From assembly GCA_963703285.1 (NCBI GenBank), contig OY969807.1:32001-96000 (forward strand): a stretch of DNA of 64,000 nt. The letters run 5' to 3'. The DNA comes from an uncultured Nitrososphaerota archaeon. Lineage in GTDB: Archaea > Thermoproteota > Nitrososphaeria > Nitrososphaerales > Gagatemarchaeaceae. Below are positions 1-9,347 of the stretch, in pieces. The notes beneath the pieces are model-generated. The model saw nothing but the letters and a program-made list of their open reading frames with translations, did no database searches and was not told the DNA's origin. Each line of letters begins with the position of its first letter. The stretch's first letter is position 1. The position numbers and the translations under genes are program-made.

Positions 1-186
1 CTCGGGATGGTGCTTGTCTTCGTCCCCATCGACATCCTCCAGGAGCTGAAGGGAGACACGGGGGTGCTGCTCTATACCGGGTTCGTGGTGGCCCTGCTCT
101 TTGGAATCAGGAGGCGCTTCGTGCGGCTCAGGCACCCCGCGATGCACACGGCGTCCGACTCGGGCCACCAGTTGTCAAGCCGATAG
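1..186 (+). CDS. 3' end of a hypothetical membrane protein (partial, runs off the window start)
   Basis: Frame 1 is open from base 1: LGMVLVFVPIDILQELKGDTGVLLYTGFVVALLFGIRRR..., with two hydrophobic stretches, ending TAG 184-186. Confidence 0.6.
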   Translation, partial: LGMVLVFVPIDILQELKGDTGVLLYTGFVVALLFGIRRRFVRLRHPAMHTASDSGHQLSSR

Positions 187-254
187 CCTGCTGGGTGTGT
201 ATAGGGTTCATTGCGCCTCCACCGCCCTTAAAACCGTCCCGCCACACGTGCTTC

Positions 255-485
255 ATGAAATCGGAGAGCGCGCTTCGCACTGGCAGTGCCATAGATCTGC
301 GGCCCCTCAAGGAGAAGCTCAGGGAGAAGCTATCCCCTGACAGCCCGGTGCTGCTCGACCTGCTTCGCGAGCCCGACTCGATGCCGGTGGAAAGTGCCGA
401 GAGCCTGATACCCCACTACCTCCAAAGACTCGAAAGGGAGCTCGAGAGGTACGAAACGGCGGGACCGCTCGTCCTGCGCTCCTGA
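255..485 (+). CDS. small hypothetical protein (76 aa)
   Basis: ATG at 255, about 25 nt after a CTTAAAA TATA-like box; genome-typical codon usage. Confidence 0.6.
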   Translation: MKSESALRTGSAIDLRPLKEKLREKLSPDSPVLLDLLREPDSMPVESAESLIPHYLQRLERELERYETAGPLVLRS

Positions 486-486
486 C

Positions 487-690
487 CTACCCTTCTCTCG
501 GCCCTATCACGGCCTTGTCGTTTGGCAGGTCCCGCTTGTAGTCCCAACCCTGCTCTATCCAGCGCTCTAGCTCGGCTATCGGCACGACCTTCTGCGTCCC
601 CTGCTTCAGCCCCAGCATATGCTTCGACTTCTCGAGGATGAGCTCCTGCAGCCGGAGGACCACCCGTCGACCTTCAGGTACCCTTCAAAC
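487..690 (-). pseudogene. degenerate C-terminal fragment of an archaeal tyrosine integrase-like protein
   Basis: Minus strand reads FEGYLKVDGWS, then in another frame LQELILEKSKHMLGLKQGTQKVVPIAELERWIEQGWDYKRDLPNDKAVIG*. This resembles, from recall only, the C-terminal tail of archaeal site-specific integrases. No catalytic domain is present. Confidence 0.45.
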
Positions 691-717
691 CATCGCACCC
701 CCTACTGCACCCCCCAG

Positions 718-727
718 ACATTTAAGC
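718..727 (+). promoter_or_regulatory. TATA box of the tRNA-Ser gene
   Basis: TTTAAG at 721-726, about 25 nt upstream of the tRNA 5' end. Confidence 0.6.
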
Positions 728-749
728 CGAGGTTCGTAGGGGGCCTCCT

Positions 750-867
750 GCCGGGGTCGCCTAGCCTGGAAGGGCGCAGTTCCGCAGGGTGCGTAGGCCT
801 GGAAACTTTCGAGCTAGCAAGCCTGTCTCCTTTAGTGGGGTCGTGGGTTCAAATCCCACTCCCGGCG
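750..867 (+). tRNA. tRNA-Ser(GGA) with two introns (about 780-796 non-canonical in the anticodon stem; 805-819 at 37/38)
   Basis: Acceptor stem GCCGGGG/TCCCGGC, D-arm GCCTAGCCTGGAAGGGC, T-arm GTGGG-TTCAAAT-CCCAC, long variable arm, G discriminator. The anticodon stem CAGGC/GCCTG with loop CT-GGA-AA forms only after removing both inserts. Confidence 0.9.
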
Positions 868-1106
868 CTTATGCCCTAGCTCAGGGAGAGGCTCCGGACT
901 TCCCAACGGCCCAAACTACTCGGGCGGGGTCGTTTTGAATGCAAGACCCATGTCGATGCCGTGGGACTTGTTCCTGAAGTGGGCGATCGCGTATACGATT
1001 ATCGGGAGGCTTATGGAGACCGCGATGGCCTCGTAGACCGGGGTCTCCGGCCCGGATGCCGAGACCGGCAAAGGTTTATCCGAAATCCGGGGCAGACGGG
1101 AGAAGA

Positions 1107-1931
1107 TTGCCCCGCATCATCGACGCCCACGTTCACCTCTCCGGGCTACAGGATGACGAGCTCATCCCCTACGCCGCGCTCAACGGACTGAGCTACAACC
1201 TCGACGAACTGCTCGGGCTGATGAAGGCGAGCGGCGTCACGCGGGGGCTGCTTCTGAGCCCTCCACTCAAGGGAGGGGTGCCTCTCCCCAACGAACGGGT
1301 CCTCCAGATTTGCAGGTCGAGCGAAGGCGTGCTCTCCCCCGTCCTGACGGCCGAGCCGGCGCGGGAGAAGGTGGCGGATGCCGTGGCCCTCGCGAAGGAG
1401 CACCGCTCCGAGGCGAAGGGGTTCAAGATCAGGCTCGGATACCTGAAGGTCTCCGCCGACAATCCAGTGTACAACGACCTCTACGCCTACGCGGAGGCGG
1501 AGGACCTTCCGGTCATGTTCCACACCGGGGACACGGCTTCATCCACGGGGAGCCTGGAGCATTCTCATCCGCTCACCCTCGACCGTCTGGCGAACTCCCG
1601 GCCTGGCTTGAAGATCGTGGCATGCCACTTCGGAAACCCCTGGTTCGCCGACGTCGCCGAGCTGATCTACAAGCATCCCAACGTCTTCGCGGACATCTCG
1701 GGCCTTATTGTGGGCGGCGGCAAGTACCTGGAGGGTTACCTAGATTCGACGGCTGAACAGGTCCGGAGGGCCATCTACTACGCCGGCGGGGCGGAGAAGG
1801 TAATCTTTGGGACGGACTACCCTGTCTCCACCCTCTCGCTCGCCCTCGCCCTCATGGAGAAGCTCGGGATCGAGGACGAGGACTCGGAGAGGATTCTCTG
1901 GAAGAACGCAGCGAGGGTCTTCCACCTATGA
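1107..1931 (+). CDS. amidohydrolase family protein (Amidohydro_2-like)
   Basis: IIDAHVH, FHTG, CHFG, ADIS and IFGTDYP motifs; TTG start at 1107 about 30 nt after TTTATC. Confidence 0.9.
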   Translation: MPRIIDAHVHLSGLQDDELIPYAALNGLSYNLDELLGLMKASGVTRGLLLSPPLKGGVPLPNERVLQICRSSEGVLSPVLTAEPAREKVADAVALAKEHRSEAKGFKIRLGYLKVSADNPVYNDLYAYAEAEDLPVMFHTGDTASSTGSLEHSHPLTLDRLANSRPGLKIVACHFGNPWFADVAELIYKHPNVFADISGLIVGGGKYLEGYLDSTAEQVRRAIYYAGGAEKVIFGTDYPVSTLSLALALMEKLGIEDEDSERILWKNAARVFHL

Positions 1932-2455
1932 GCTCAGCGGCGGAGGGCTTCGAGGTGGTCGAGGCGGACCCGACGGAGAGGGCCTCGCTCGAGCCCATCC
2001 TCGAGGAGAGCTTCACGGGGATCTACCTGAGGCACGCCAAGAGGACGTTACACGACGTCGAGACCGTCCGGGTGGCCCGGGTCGGCGGGGCGGCCGTAGG
2101 CCTGGCGATGCTCAAGCTCCTCACGAAGGGGGCCGGGTACGTCTACTACATCGCGGTCCTCCCGTCGTCCCGCATGAAGGGTCTTGGCTCGAGGCTCCTC
2201 CTAGACTCGCTGGATTACTTCGCGCGCTCCGGCGCGACCGAGGTCTACGCCAGCGTCGGAGAGGACAACGTCGAGTCCAAGGCCCTCTTCTTTGGCAGGG
2301 GGTTCAGGAGGACGGACTTCTCGGAGGTCTCCAAGAAATACGGGACGATCAGGGCGCTCGCGATGTACAGGGGCATGTGGGTCGTTCCGGGCGAGATGCT
2401 CCTCGTCAAGGACACGGCGACCCTCCCCGATGGCGTCGCGCCCGGCGGCGCGTGA
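1928..2455 (+). CDS. GNAT family N-acetyltransferase
   Basis: IAVLPSSRMKGLGSRLL acetyl-CoA motif A and N..S..LF...GF motif; ATGA overlap with the upstream gene. Confidence 0.9.
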   Translation: MSSAAEGFEVVEADPTERASLEPILEESFTGIYLRHAKRTLHDVETVRVARVGGAAVGLAMLKLLTKGAGYVYYIAVLPSSRMKGLGSRLLLDSLDYFARSGATEVYASVGEDNVESKALFFGRGFRRTDFSEVSKKYGTIRALAMYRGMWVVPGEMLLVKDTATLPDGVAPGGA

Positions 2456-2461
2456 AGCTCC

Positions 2462-2938
2462 TCAGTCCTTGCGCGGTGCCTTCCTCGCAAGGTCCGCGAG
2501 GAGGGCGTTCCCCTCGATGAACTTGAGATTGAACCTGAAGGCGTCTATCCTCCAGCCGTCCTCCTCCCTCACAAGATGGAAGTCGTAGGTCCCGACGTAG
2601 GTGCACGTGTCCCTCCCCGTCGGGTTCGGGAAGTAGTGCGTGGCCGTGCCGTAGCAGAACGCGCTCGCCTCCTCACCCTCGACCTTCACGAGTGTATTGC
2701 CTATCTGGTGATGGACCGCGGCGAGCCCCCTCAGCCCCGACTCCCACTGGTCTGTTATCCTCTTCGAACTCACCCTGGAGGGCCTGTTCCCGTTCAGGGA
2801 GGACGTGTCGAAGAGAACCTTCGCTGCGAAACACTGGGTCACGCCCTGCCAGTTCCTCTCGTCGGTGTTGACAAACAACCTGGTCACCGTGTCCTCGACC
2901 TCCGCCCTCTCGGCCAGCGGTCCCCCCTTGGTCTCCAT
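2462..2938 (-). CDS. SnoaL-like / NTF2 family protein
   Basis: TDERNW, HHQIGN and GTYDFHLVREEDGWRI motifs; start taken at METKGG. Confidence 0.85.
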   Translation of the reverse strand: METKGGPLAERAEVEDTVTRLFVNTDERNWQGVTQCFAAKVLFDTSSLNGNRPSRVSSKRITDQWESGLRGLAAVHHQIGNTLVKVEGEEASAFCYGTATHYFPNPTGRDTCTYVGTYDFHLVREEDGWRIDAFRFNLKFIEGNALLADLARKAPRKD

Positions 2939-2993
2939 GGTTCCCGTCCGCGGAGGTACTCTCAATAAACCTTGGTCGCTGCGACCGGCTCCG

Positions 2994-3602
2994 CTAACGG
3001 GTAGGCCCGCTCGCCCGGAGGCGGCCAGAGTCGACTCCCGGGCTCGTCTCGTGGGACTTCCTGATGTCGTCCCTGAGCTTCTTGAAGTAGTAGAATCCTT
3101 CTCCCCCGAGTTTTGCATTGACCCCGTCCAGGAAGGGTTTCATCGCGTCCCAGGCCGTCTCGGTGAGGAACATGTCCTCGACCGTCTCGAGGGTCACTAT
3201 CTTCCGGTTCGCCAGGACGCCGAGCGACTCGAAGAGGGAGGCAATCTGGTAGAAGGAGACCTGCTCATCCTTGGGCAGCTTCTCGAACTCCTCGAACGAC
3301 TTCAGGTTGGAGTTCAAGACGGTCAACCAGGAAGTCTGGACCTCCCTCGTATTCGCGAACTCGTAGAGGCGCATTATCATGTCCATGTCGGCGATTTCGT
3401 TCGTCAGCTTCATCTGGTCGGAGCTCACCTTGGCCTGAATCCCGGCCGCCCTTGCCTGCTCGTTCGCGGCCTCGAGCATCCTCTTGTTGTCCCTCAGCTC
3501 GAACACCACGAAGAGGGCGCCGAGAATGATGGCCATCGAGCTGACGAAGGTGACCGCCGAGTCAGCCTCTCCGAAGCTGAAGCTGAGGACCTGGGCGATC
3601 AT
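2994..3602 (-). CDS. hypothetical protein with N-terminal TM helix (DUF4760-like)
   Basis: N-terminal hydrophobic helix, coiled segment and an FESLGVL motif. Confidence 0.7.
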   Translation of the reverse strand: MIAQVLSFSFGEADSAVTFVSSMAIILGALFVVFELRDNKRMLEAANEQARAAGIQAKVSSDQMKLTNEIADMDMIMRLYEFANTREVQTSWLTVLNSNLKSFEEFEKLPKDEQVSFYQIASLFESLGVLANRKIVTLETVEDMFLTETAWDAMKPFLDGVNAKLGGEGFYYFKKLRDDIRKSHETSPGVDSGRLRASGPTR

Positions 3603-3680
3603 CCGGTCGAAGTCCTCCCCAGCCCTACTTAAGAGCGCGGCCGCCCTACATCTGTCCGGACCCCAGACCAGACGGGGGCT

Positions 3681-5129
3681 CTAGCCATGCTCGTGCTCAC
3701 CCGCGGACTGCTCCAGCCCCAGGTGCCCCAGCATGTGGTGGTACTCCGGGGGCGTCATGAGCGAGAGGAAGGCCCGCTCGACGACCTCGCTCAGCGCAGG
3801 GTGGATGTGCATGGCGTGGGTTATCGTCGAGACGCTTTGGGCGGGCGTGTACATGACGTCGATGATCTCCTGAATCAAGATTGACGCGTGCGGCCCCACT
3901 ATCTGAGCCCCCAGGATCTTCATGCTGCTCCCCTGTACGACGGCCTTCACGAAGTAGCCCTTCGCGCCCATGGCCTCTCCCTTCGCCGTCTTCTCGTACT
4001 CGTAGAACCCTATGAGGACGTCCCCCTCCCCGTACCGACCCACGGCCTCCTTCTCGGTCAGTCCGACGCCGGCCACCTCAGGGTAGGTGAAGACCGCGTG
4101 GGGGACGGCGTGGTAGTCCACCGTCATTGGCCTCTTCAGCACCGCGTTGTAGTAGACCACCTGCGACTCGTAGTTGGCGACGTGCTTGAAGAGGTGCTTC
4201 CCGTCAGCGTCACCCAGGGCCCAGACGTTGGGCTGGGTCGTCTCTAGGTACTCGTTGACCTCAATCCAACCTTTGCTGTCCGTCTTGATCCCCGACATCT
4301 CGGGATGGAGGATGTCCGTGAGGGGCTCTCTCCCGCAGGCTAGCATCACCTGCTCCGCGGTGACCTCCGAGGTCTCGCCAGAAACCCCGTCCCTCGTGGT
4401 CAGGACCTTCGCCCCGTCTCTCTCGACTATCCCGACCACCTCCCGGTTCGTCGCGATCGTCATGTGCTTCTCGAGCTCCCTCCTCGCGACGAGCGCGACC
4501 TCGGGCTCGTAGCCGGGGAGGAACTGCGGGTTCCTGCCCAGGATGGTGACCTTTGATCCCAGGCTGGAGAAGAAGTGGCCGTACTCGGCCGCGATGTAGC
4601 CTCCGCCCACGATCGCCAAGCTCCCGGGCAGCTTCGAGAGCCTCAGGACGCTGTCGCTCGTTAGGTAGTCCAACTTCTCGAGGTTCTTGATCTGCGGGAT
4701 GGCTGTCCGGGAACCCGTGCAGAGGAAAATCTGCTTCGCCCTGACGGTCTCGTCTCCAATCCTCATCGTGTAGGGGGAGACGAACTCGGCGGAGGCATGG
4801 TAGTAGTCGATGTTCGGGCTGCTGGAGAGCCCCTCCCTGATTGCGTCAATGTCAGTGTCGATGATGGTCCGCATCCGCCTCATCACCTGGCCGAAGTCCA
4901 CGTTCACGACGGCGGAGACGCCGAGGTCCCTCCCGTCCTCGACCGTCCGTACGAGTTCGGCCGGATAGAGCAGCAGTTTTGAGGGTATGCACCCCCTAGT
5001 AAGGCAGATGCCCCCGGGTTCGTCCTTGTCTATCACTGCTATCCTGATCTTCGGGTTCTCCTGAATCATCGGGTCCAGCAGGTTCGTCGCTGAACCCGTG
5101 CCGACGACTATGAGGTCGTAGTCCTTCAT
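3681..5129 (-). CDS. dihydrolipoyl dehydrogenase / mycothione reductase-like disulfide oxidoreductase
   Basis: GGICLTRGCIPSK redox disulfide, GGGYIAAE NAD motif and HIHPALSE C-terminal motif. Confidence 0.9.
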   Translation of the reverse strand: MKDYDLIVVGTGSATNLLDPMIQENPKIRIAVIDKDEPGGICLTRGCIPSKLLLYPAELVRTVEDGRDLGVSAVVNVDFGQVMRRMRTIIDTDIDAIREGLSSSPNIDYYHASAEFVSPYTMRIGDETVRAKQIFLCTGSRTAIPQIKNLEKLDYLTSDSVLRLSKLPGSLAIVGGGYIAAEYGHFFSSLGSKVTILGRNPQFLPGYEPEVALVARRELEKHMTIATNREVVGIVERDGAKVLTTRDGVSGETSEVTAEQVMLACGREPLTDILHPEMSGIKTDSKGWIEVNEYLETTQPNVWALGDADGKHLFKHVANYESQVVYYNAVLKRPMTVDYHAVPHAVFTYPEVAGVGLTEKEAVGRYGEGDVLIGFYEYEKTAKGEAMGAKGYFVKAVVQGSSMKILGAQIVGPHASILIQEIIDVMYTPAQSVSTITHAMHIHPALSEVVERAFLSLMTPPEYHHMLGHLGLEQSAGEHEHG

Positions 5130-5265
5130 CGGAGAGTGCCGGCGCTTTGAAAAGTTAAGCTCTGCGGTCCGCCCGGTCAAGCCCGGTTGACCAGCTAAGC
5201 TCAGCCGTACTTACTTAGTAGCTGACGACTGCTCGGTATATTAGCCGAGGGCGAGGCGGTCCACC

Positions 5266-5622
5266 ATGGCCGTCCAGGTCGAGCCCTGCGCCCTCACCGA
5301 GAGGGAGTCCCTCTACCTGTGCAGAGGGGGCCTCGGCAGGGTCGCTACGGTCTCGCCCGATGGCCAGCCGCACGTCGTCCCCGTCGTCTTCGAATTCGAC
5401 GGTAGGTACGTCTACTTCAGCGGGAGGGCCCTCGCCAGAAGCCTGAAGCTCCGTCACCTTCTCAGCAACCCCAGGGTGGCGTTCGTGGTCGACGACCTGG
5501 TCTCTGTAAGCCCCTGGTATCCACGCGGGATCGAGATCAGGGGGTTCGCGGAGGTCTTCTCGGAGCGAGGGGTCCCCTACGTGAGGATAACCCCGGTCAC
5601 CAAGGTGAGCTGGGGCCTCTAG
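5266..5622 (+). CDS. PPOX-class (putative F420-dependent) oxidoreductase
   Basis: GRVATVSPDGQPHVVPV, NPRVAFVVDD, RGIEIRG and SWGL motifs. Confidence 0.85.
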   Translation: MAVQVEPCALTERESLYLCRGGLGRVATVSPDGQPHVVPVVFEFDGRYVYFSGRALARSLKLRHLLSNPRVAFVVDDLVSVSPWYPRGIEIRGFAEVFSERGVPYVRITPVTKVSWGL

Positions 5623-5709
5623 CGGAGACGTGCCCGCTACAGCTTTGACGCCAATTTGACTCGAACGCGTAGCATAGGGTTAAATCCACACAGGCTGAAC
5701 TGACGTTAT

Positions 5710-6948
5710 GTGCGCAATCTCTGCATCGTAGGCCTTCAGTGGGGGGATGAAGGCAAGGGCAAGATTGTCGACTACTACGCCGACGGTTTCAAGGCCGTTG
5801 TGAGGTACAACGGGGGGAGCAACGCCGGCCACACCATCGTCATCGGCGGGAGAACGTTCGTCTTCCACCTCCTGCCCTCCGGGTCGCTCAAGCGGAAGAA
5901 GCTCCTGATAGGCCCGGGGGTCGCTCTCGACCCGATCACGCTCGAGGAGGAGCTGGCGATGGTCTCGAAGGAGGGCGGCGAGGCAGACCTGATGGTGGAC
6001 GAGCGCTGCACGCTCGTCACGCCCCTCGAGAAGGAGATGGACTCCTTTGTAGAGGGCCTGAGAGGCGTCGGCGCAATCGGGACGACCAAGCGGGGCATCG
6101 GTCCGTCCTACGCGATGAGGGCGCTCCGGCTCACGCCGCGCGCGGGGGACCTGGCGGAGGGAGACTTCGAGCTGGACTCGGCGGTCAAGTTCTACCGGTC
6201 GTTCCTCAAGGAGATCCCCGACCTTTCCGCTTGGAAGGAGAGGTCGAGGCGGACCCTCGCGGGCAGGACAGGAGACGTCGGGGGCAAGGTGATGGAGCTG
6301 AACGACGCCGGGCACTCTGTCATCTTTGAGGGTGCGCAGGGCACCCTACTGGACCTCGTCTTCGGCACCTATCCATACGTGACCGGCGCTCACACCATCG
6401 CGAGCTACGTCCCAGCAGGCCTCGGGATACCCAACGCCTCCCTCGGCGACGTGATGGGAGTTGCGAAGGCCTACACCACGAGGGTGGGAGGCGGCCCCTT
6501 CCCCACCGAGATAACGGAAGTCACGGGGGAGCAGATCAGGACAGAGGGAAAGGAGTACGGCGCCACGACGGGTCGTCCCCGTCGCATCGGGTGGCTCGAC
6601 CTGGTCGGGCTGAAGTACGCGGTGAGGCTCAACGGCGTCTCAGAGCTCGCGCTCACGAAGATGGACATCCTCACCAAGGTGAGGGGGATGAAGGTCTGCG
6701 TAGGATACTCGATCGACGGCGCGGAGACCGGCGACTTCTCCCGGGCCCTGCCACGGCTCTCCGAGGTCAAGCCCGTCTACCAGATGATGCCGTCGCTCTT
6801 CGGCGTTGAGTTGAGGGAGAACCACCTGCCTCAGGCCGCCGAGCAGCTGGTCGAATTCCTCGAGGACGAGCTCAGGGTGAAGGTGAGCCTCGTCTCGACC
6901 GGAGAGGAGAGGTCGGCCACGATGCAGAGGAACCTAGCAAAAGTTTGA
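5710..6948 (+). CDS. purA: adenylosuccinate synthetase
   Basis: QWGDEGKGK, GGSNAGHT, EGAQG and EYGATTGRPRRIGWLD motifs. Confidence 0.97.
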   Translation: MRNLCIVGLQWGDEGKGKIVDYYADGFKAVVRYNGGSNAGHTIVIGGRTFVFHLLPSGSLKRKKLLIGPGVALDPITLEEELAMVSKEGGEADLMVDERCTLVTPLEKEMDSFVEGLRGVGAIGTTKRGIGPSYAMRALRLTPRAGDLAEGDFELDSAVKFYRSFLKEIPDLSAWKERSRRTLAGRTGDVGGKVMELNDAGHSVIFEGAQGTLLDLVFGTYPYVTGAHTIASYVPAGLGIPNASLGDVMGVAKAYTTRVGGGPFPTEITEVTGEQIRTEGKEYGATTGRPRRIGWLDLVGLKYAVRLNGVSELALTKMDILTKVRGMKVCVGYSIDGAETGDFSRALPRLSEVKPVYQMMPSLFGVELRENHLPQAAEQLVEFLEDELRVKVSLVSTGEERSATMQRNLAKV

Positions 6949-6974
6949 TAACGTAGCTACGGGTGCGCCGCCCG

Positions 6975-9347
6975 ATGAAATCAGTTCAGGTGACCGTCCA
7001 GGAGACAAGACGGCTGGTCGGACAATCTCTCAGGCGCTCCGAGGACCCCAAGTTCGTGACGGGTTCGGGCGGTTTTCTTGACGACCTTAGGTTTCCAGAC
7101 ACGCTCTATGCGGTCTTCGTGCGCTCCCCCTATGCGCACGCCAAGATCCTGGGCATCAGGACGGCGCCCGCACTGGCCTCTCCGGGGGTTTTCGGGGTCC
7201 TCACCGGGAGGGACTTGGAAGGGAAGGTCGAACTGATGCCGACCGTCGACAGCGGCGGCTCCGAGGGAGAGGGCGGCGGAGCCTCGGGGAAGGCGAAGAG
7301 GGCGACCGTTAGGAAGCCCCAGGCGGTCGGCGAGGTGAACTTCGCGGGGGAGGCGGTGGCCGCCGTCTTCGCGTCGAGCTACTATCAGGCCGAGGACGCT
7401 GCCGAGCTGGTCGAGGTGGATTACGAGCAGCTCGACGCAGTCGTAGACGCGGTGGCGGCGATGGTTCCCGGCTCTCCAAGGGTCCACGAGAACCTCCCGG
7501 ACAACGTAGCCTACCACTATGTGCACAGGTTCGGGGACGTCAAGGAGGCCTTCCGCAGCGCCGACAGGGTGGTCAAGGTCGAGCTCGTCAACCAGCGCGT
7601 CCACCCCGTCTCCATGGAGCCCCGAGGCATCGCAGCGAACTACGACGCCGGGAACGACGCGCTCACCATCTGGCTCTCCACGCAGGACCCCCACAGCATG
7701 AGGGACAGCCTGGCGGACCTCCTCAAGATGCGCCCCACGAACGTGCGCGTCGTAGCCCCTGACGTCGGGGGAGGGTTCGGGGGCAAGTCGGCTGCCTACC
7801 AGGAGGACGTCGTCGTCTGCTTCGCCGCGAGGCGCTTCAGGCGCCCCGTGAAGTGGGAGGAGAACAGGCGCGAACACATGCTCACGATGACCCACGGAAG
7901 GGGCCAGCACCAGTGGGCCGAGATGGCTGTGCGCAGCGACGGCAAGATACTCGGCTACAGGATAAAGATCGTCTCAGACGGAGGCGCCTACTCGGACGGC
8001 GCGACCACCGGGCTCCCCGAGCTGACGGCCAAGATGGGCACCGGCGTCTACGACATCCCGGCGTACGAGGCCGATATCTACTCCGTCTTCACGAACAAGG
8101 TCCCTCACGGCGCCTACAGGGGAGCGGGCCGCCCGGAGGCCGCGTTCCTCCTGGAGCGGACCGTCAACGTCCTCGCCACCCAGCTGAAGCTCGATCCGGT
8201 CAAGGTCCGCCGGCTGAACTACATCCGGAAGGAGAAGTTCCCCTTCAAGACCCCCGGAGGATACACCTACGACTCGGCCGACTACGACAAGAACATGACC
8301 AAGGCGCTCGAGGTTGCGGGTTACGAGGAGCTCCTGCGCGAGAGGCGGGACGCCAGGAGGGAGGGCCGTCTCCTTGGGATAGGCATCGCGACATGGACGG
8401 AGATCTGCGGGTTCGGCCCCGGCTTCCCTCAGACCGCGGCGGTGACTGTGCACAAGGAGGGGAGGGTCGTGATCACCATCGGCGGACAGCCCCACGGACA
8501 GGGGCACGCGATAGCCATGACACAGGTCGCCGCGGACGAGCTGGGACTGGGCGTCGACATGTTTCTCGTCCAGCACGGAGACACTAACATGCTGCCCTGG
8601 TCGACGGTGACAGCTGGAAGCCGGTCGGGGGCGTTGCTCGGTTCCGCCGTCCTGCTCTCCGCCCGCAAGATCAGGGAGAAGATGGCCCGGATAGCAGCGC
8701 ACGCCCTCCACGTGCCCGACCCGTCCAGGATGGTCTTCCAGGACGGCAGAATCTCCGCGAGGGGCGACCCCGAGAGGTCGCTGAAGTTCGAGGACGTCGC
8801 GGCGCTGGCCTACGACGCCGAGGCCATCCCCGAGGGGATGGAGCCCACACTCTTCGAGTACACCGCCTTCGCTCCCCCCAACTACACCTTCCCGTTCGGG
8901 ACGCACATCGCGGTCGTCGAGGTCGACAGGGACACGGGCAAGGTCAAGCTCCAGAAGTACTTCGGGATCGACGATTGCGGGAGGCTGATCAACCCCATGC
9001 TCGTCGAGGGACAGTTCCAGGGCGGCGTGGTGCAGGGTGCCGGTCAGGCGCTGATGGAGGAGATAGTCTACGACGACAACGGCCAACTCCTCACCTCGAC
9101 GCTAGCGGACTACGCCATACCGGCCTGCGACACGATGCCGAAGATGGTCTGGGCGAGGACGGAGACTCCGACCTACGCAAACCCTTTAGGCGTCAAGGGG
9201 ATAGGTGAGGCCGGCTCGATTGCAGCCACCCCTGTCATCATGAACGCGGTCGAGGACGCGCTCTCCGAGTACGGGGTGGTCGTGGAGAAGATGCCCGTCA
9301 GACCCGACTACGTCCTATCGCTCATCGCGAAAGCGGAGAAAGGCTAG
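6975..9347 (+). CDS. xanthine dehydrogenase family molybdopterin-binding subunit (CutA / form II CoxL-like)
   Basis: GGGFGGK, AYRGAGRPEA, GSRS and KGIGEAG motifs; lacks the form I AYxCSFR motif. Confidence 0.92.
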   Translation: MKSVQVTVQETRRLVGQSLRRSEDPKFVTGSGGFLDDLRFPDTLYAVFVRSPYAHAKILGIRTAPALASPGVFGVLTGRDLEGKVELMPTVDSGGSEGEGGGASGKAKRATVRKPQAVGEVNFAGEAVAAVFASSYYQAEDAAELVEVDYEQLDAVVDAVAAMVPGSPRVHENLPDNVAYHYVHRFGDVKEAFRSADRVVKVELVNQRVHPVSMEPRGIAANYDAGNDALTIWLSTQDPHSMRDSLADLLKMRPTNVRVVAPDVGGGFGGKSAAYQEDVVVCFAARRFRRPVKWEENRREHMLTMTHGRGQHQWAEMAVRSDGKILGYRIKIVSDGGAYSDGATTGLPELTAKMGTGVYDIPAYEADIYSVFTNKVPHGAYRGAGRPEAAFLLERTVNVLATQLKLDPVKVRRLNYIRKEKFPFKTPGGYTYDSADYDKNMTKALEVAGYEELLRERRDARREGRLLGIGIATWTEICGFGPGFPQTAAVTVHKEGRVVITIGGQPHGQGHAIAMTQVAADELGLGVDMFLVQHGDTNMLPWSTVTAGSRSGALLGSAVLLSARKIREKMARIAAHALHVPDPSRMVFQDGRISARGDPERSLKFEDVAALAYDAEAIPEGMEPTLFEYTAFAPPNYTFPFGTHIAVVEVDRDTGKVKLQKYFGIDDCGRLINPMLVEGQFQGGVVQGAGQALMEEIVYDDNGQLLTSTLADYAIPACDTMPKMVWARTETPTYANPLGVKGIGEAGSIAATPVIMNAVEDALSEYGVVVEKMPVRPDYVLSLIAKAEKG

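Noticed and set aside
619-879. 86-aa ORF on the plus strand
   Set aside because: Overlaps the tRNA-Ser gene and its promoter.
950-1036. 28-aa hydrophobic micro-ORF (MSMPWDLFLKWAIAYTIIGRLMETAMAS)
   Set aside because: Too short, with no well-placed promoter or recognisable motif.
6981-9086. Long antisense ORFs over the molybdoenzyme gene, and similar ones over gltX, eno and fni
   Set aside because: Expected shadow ORFs from high GC3; no motifs.
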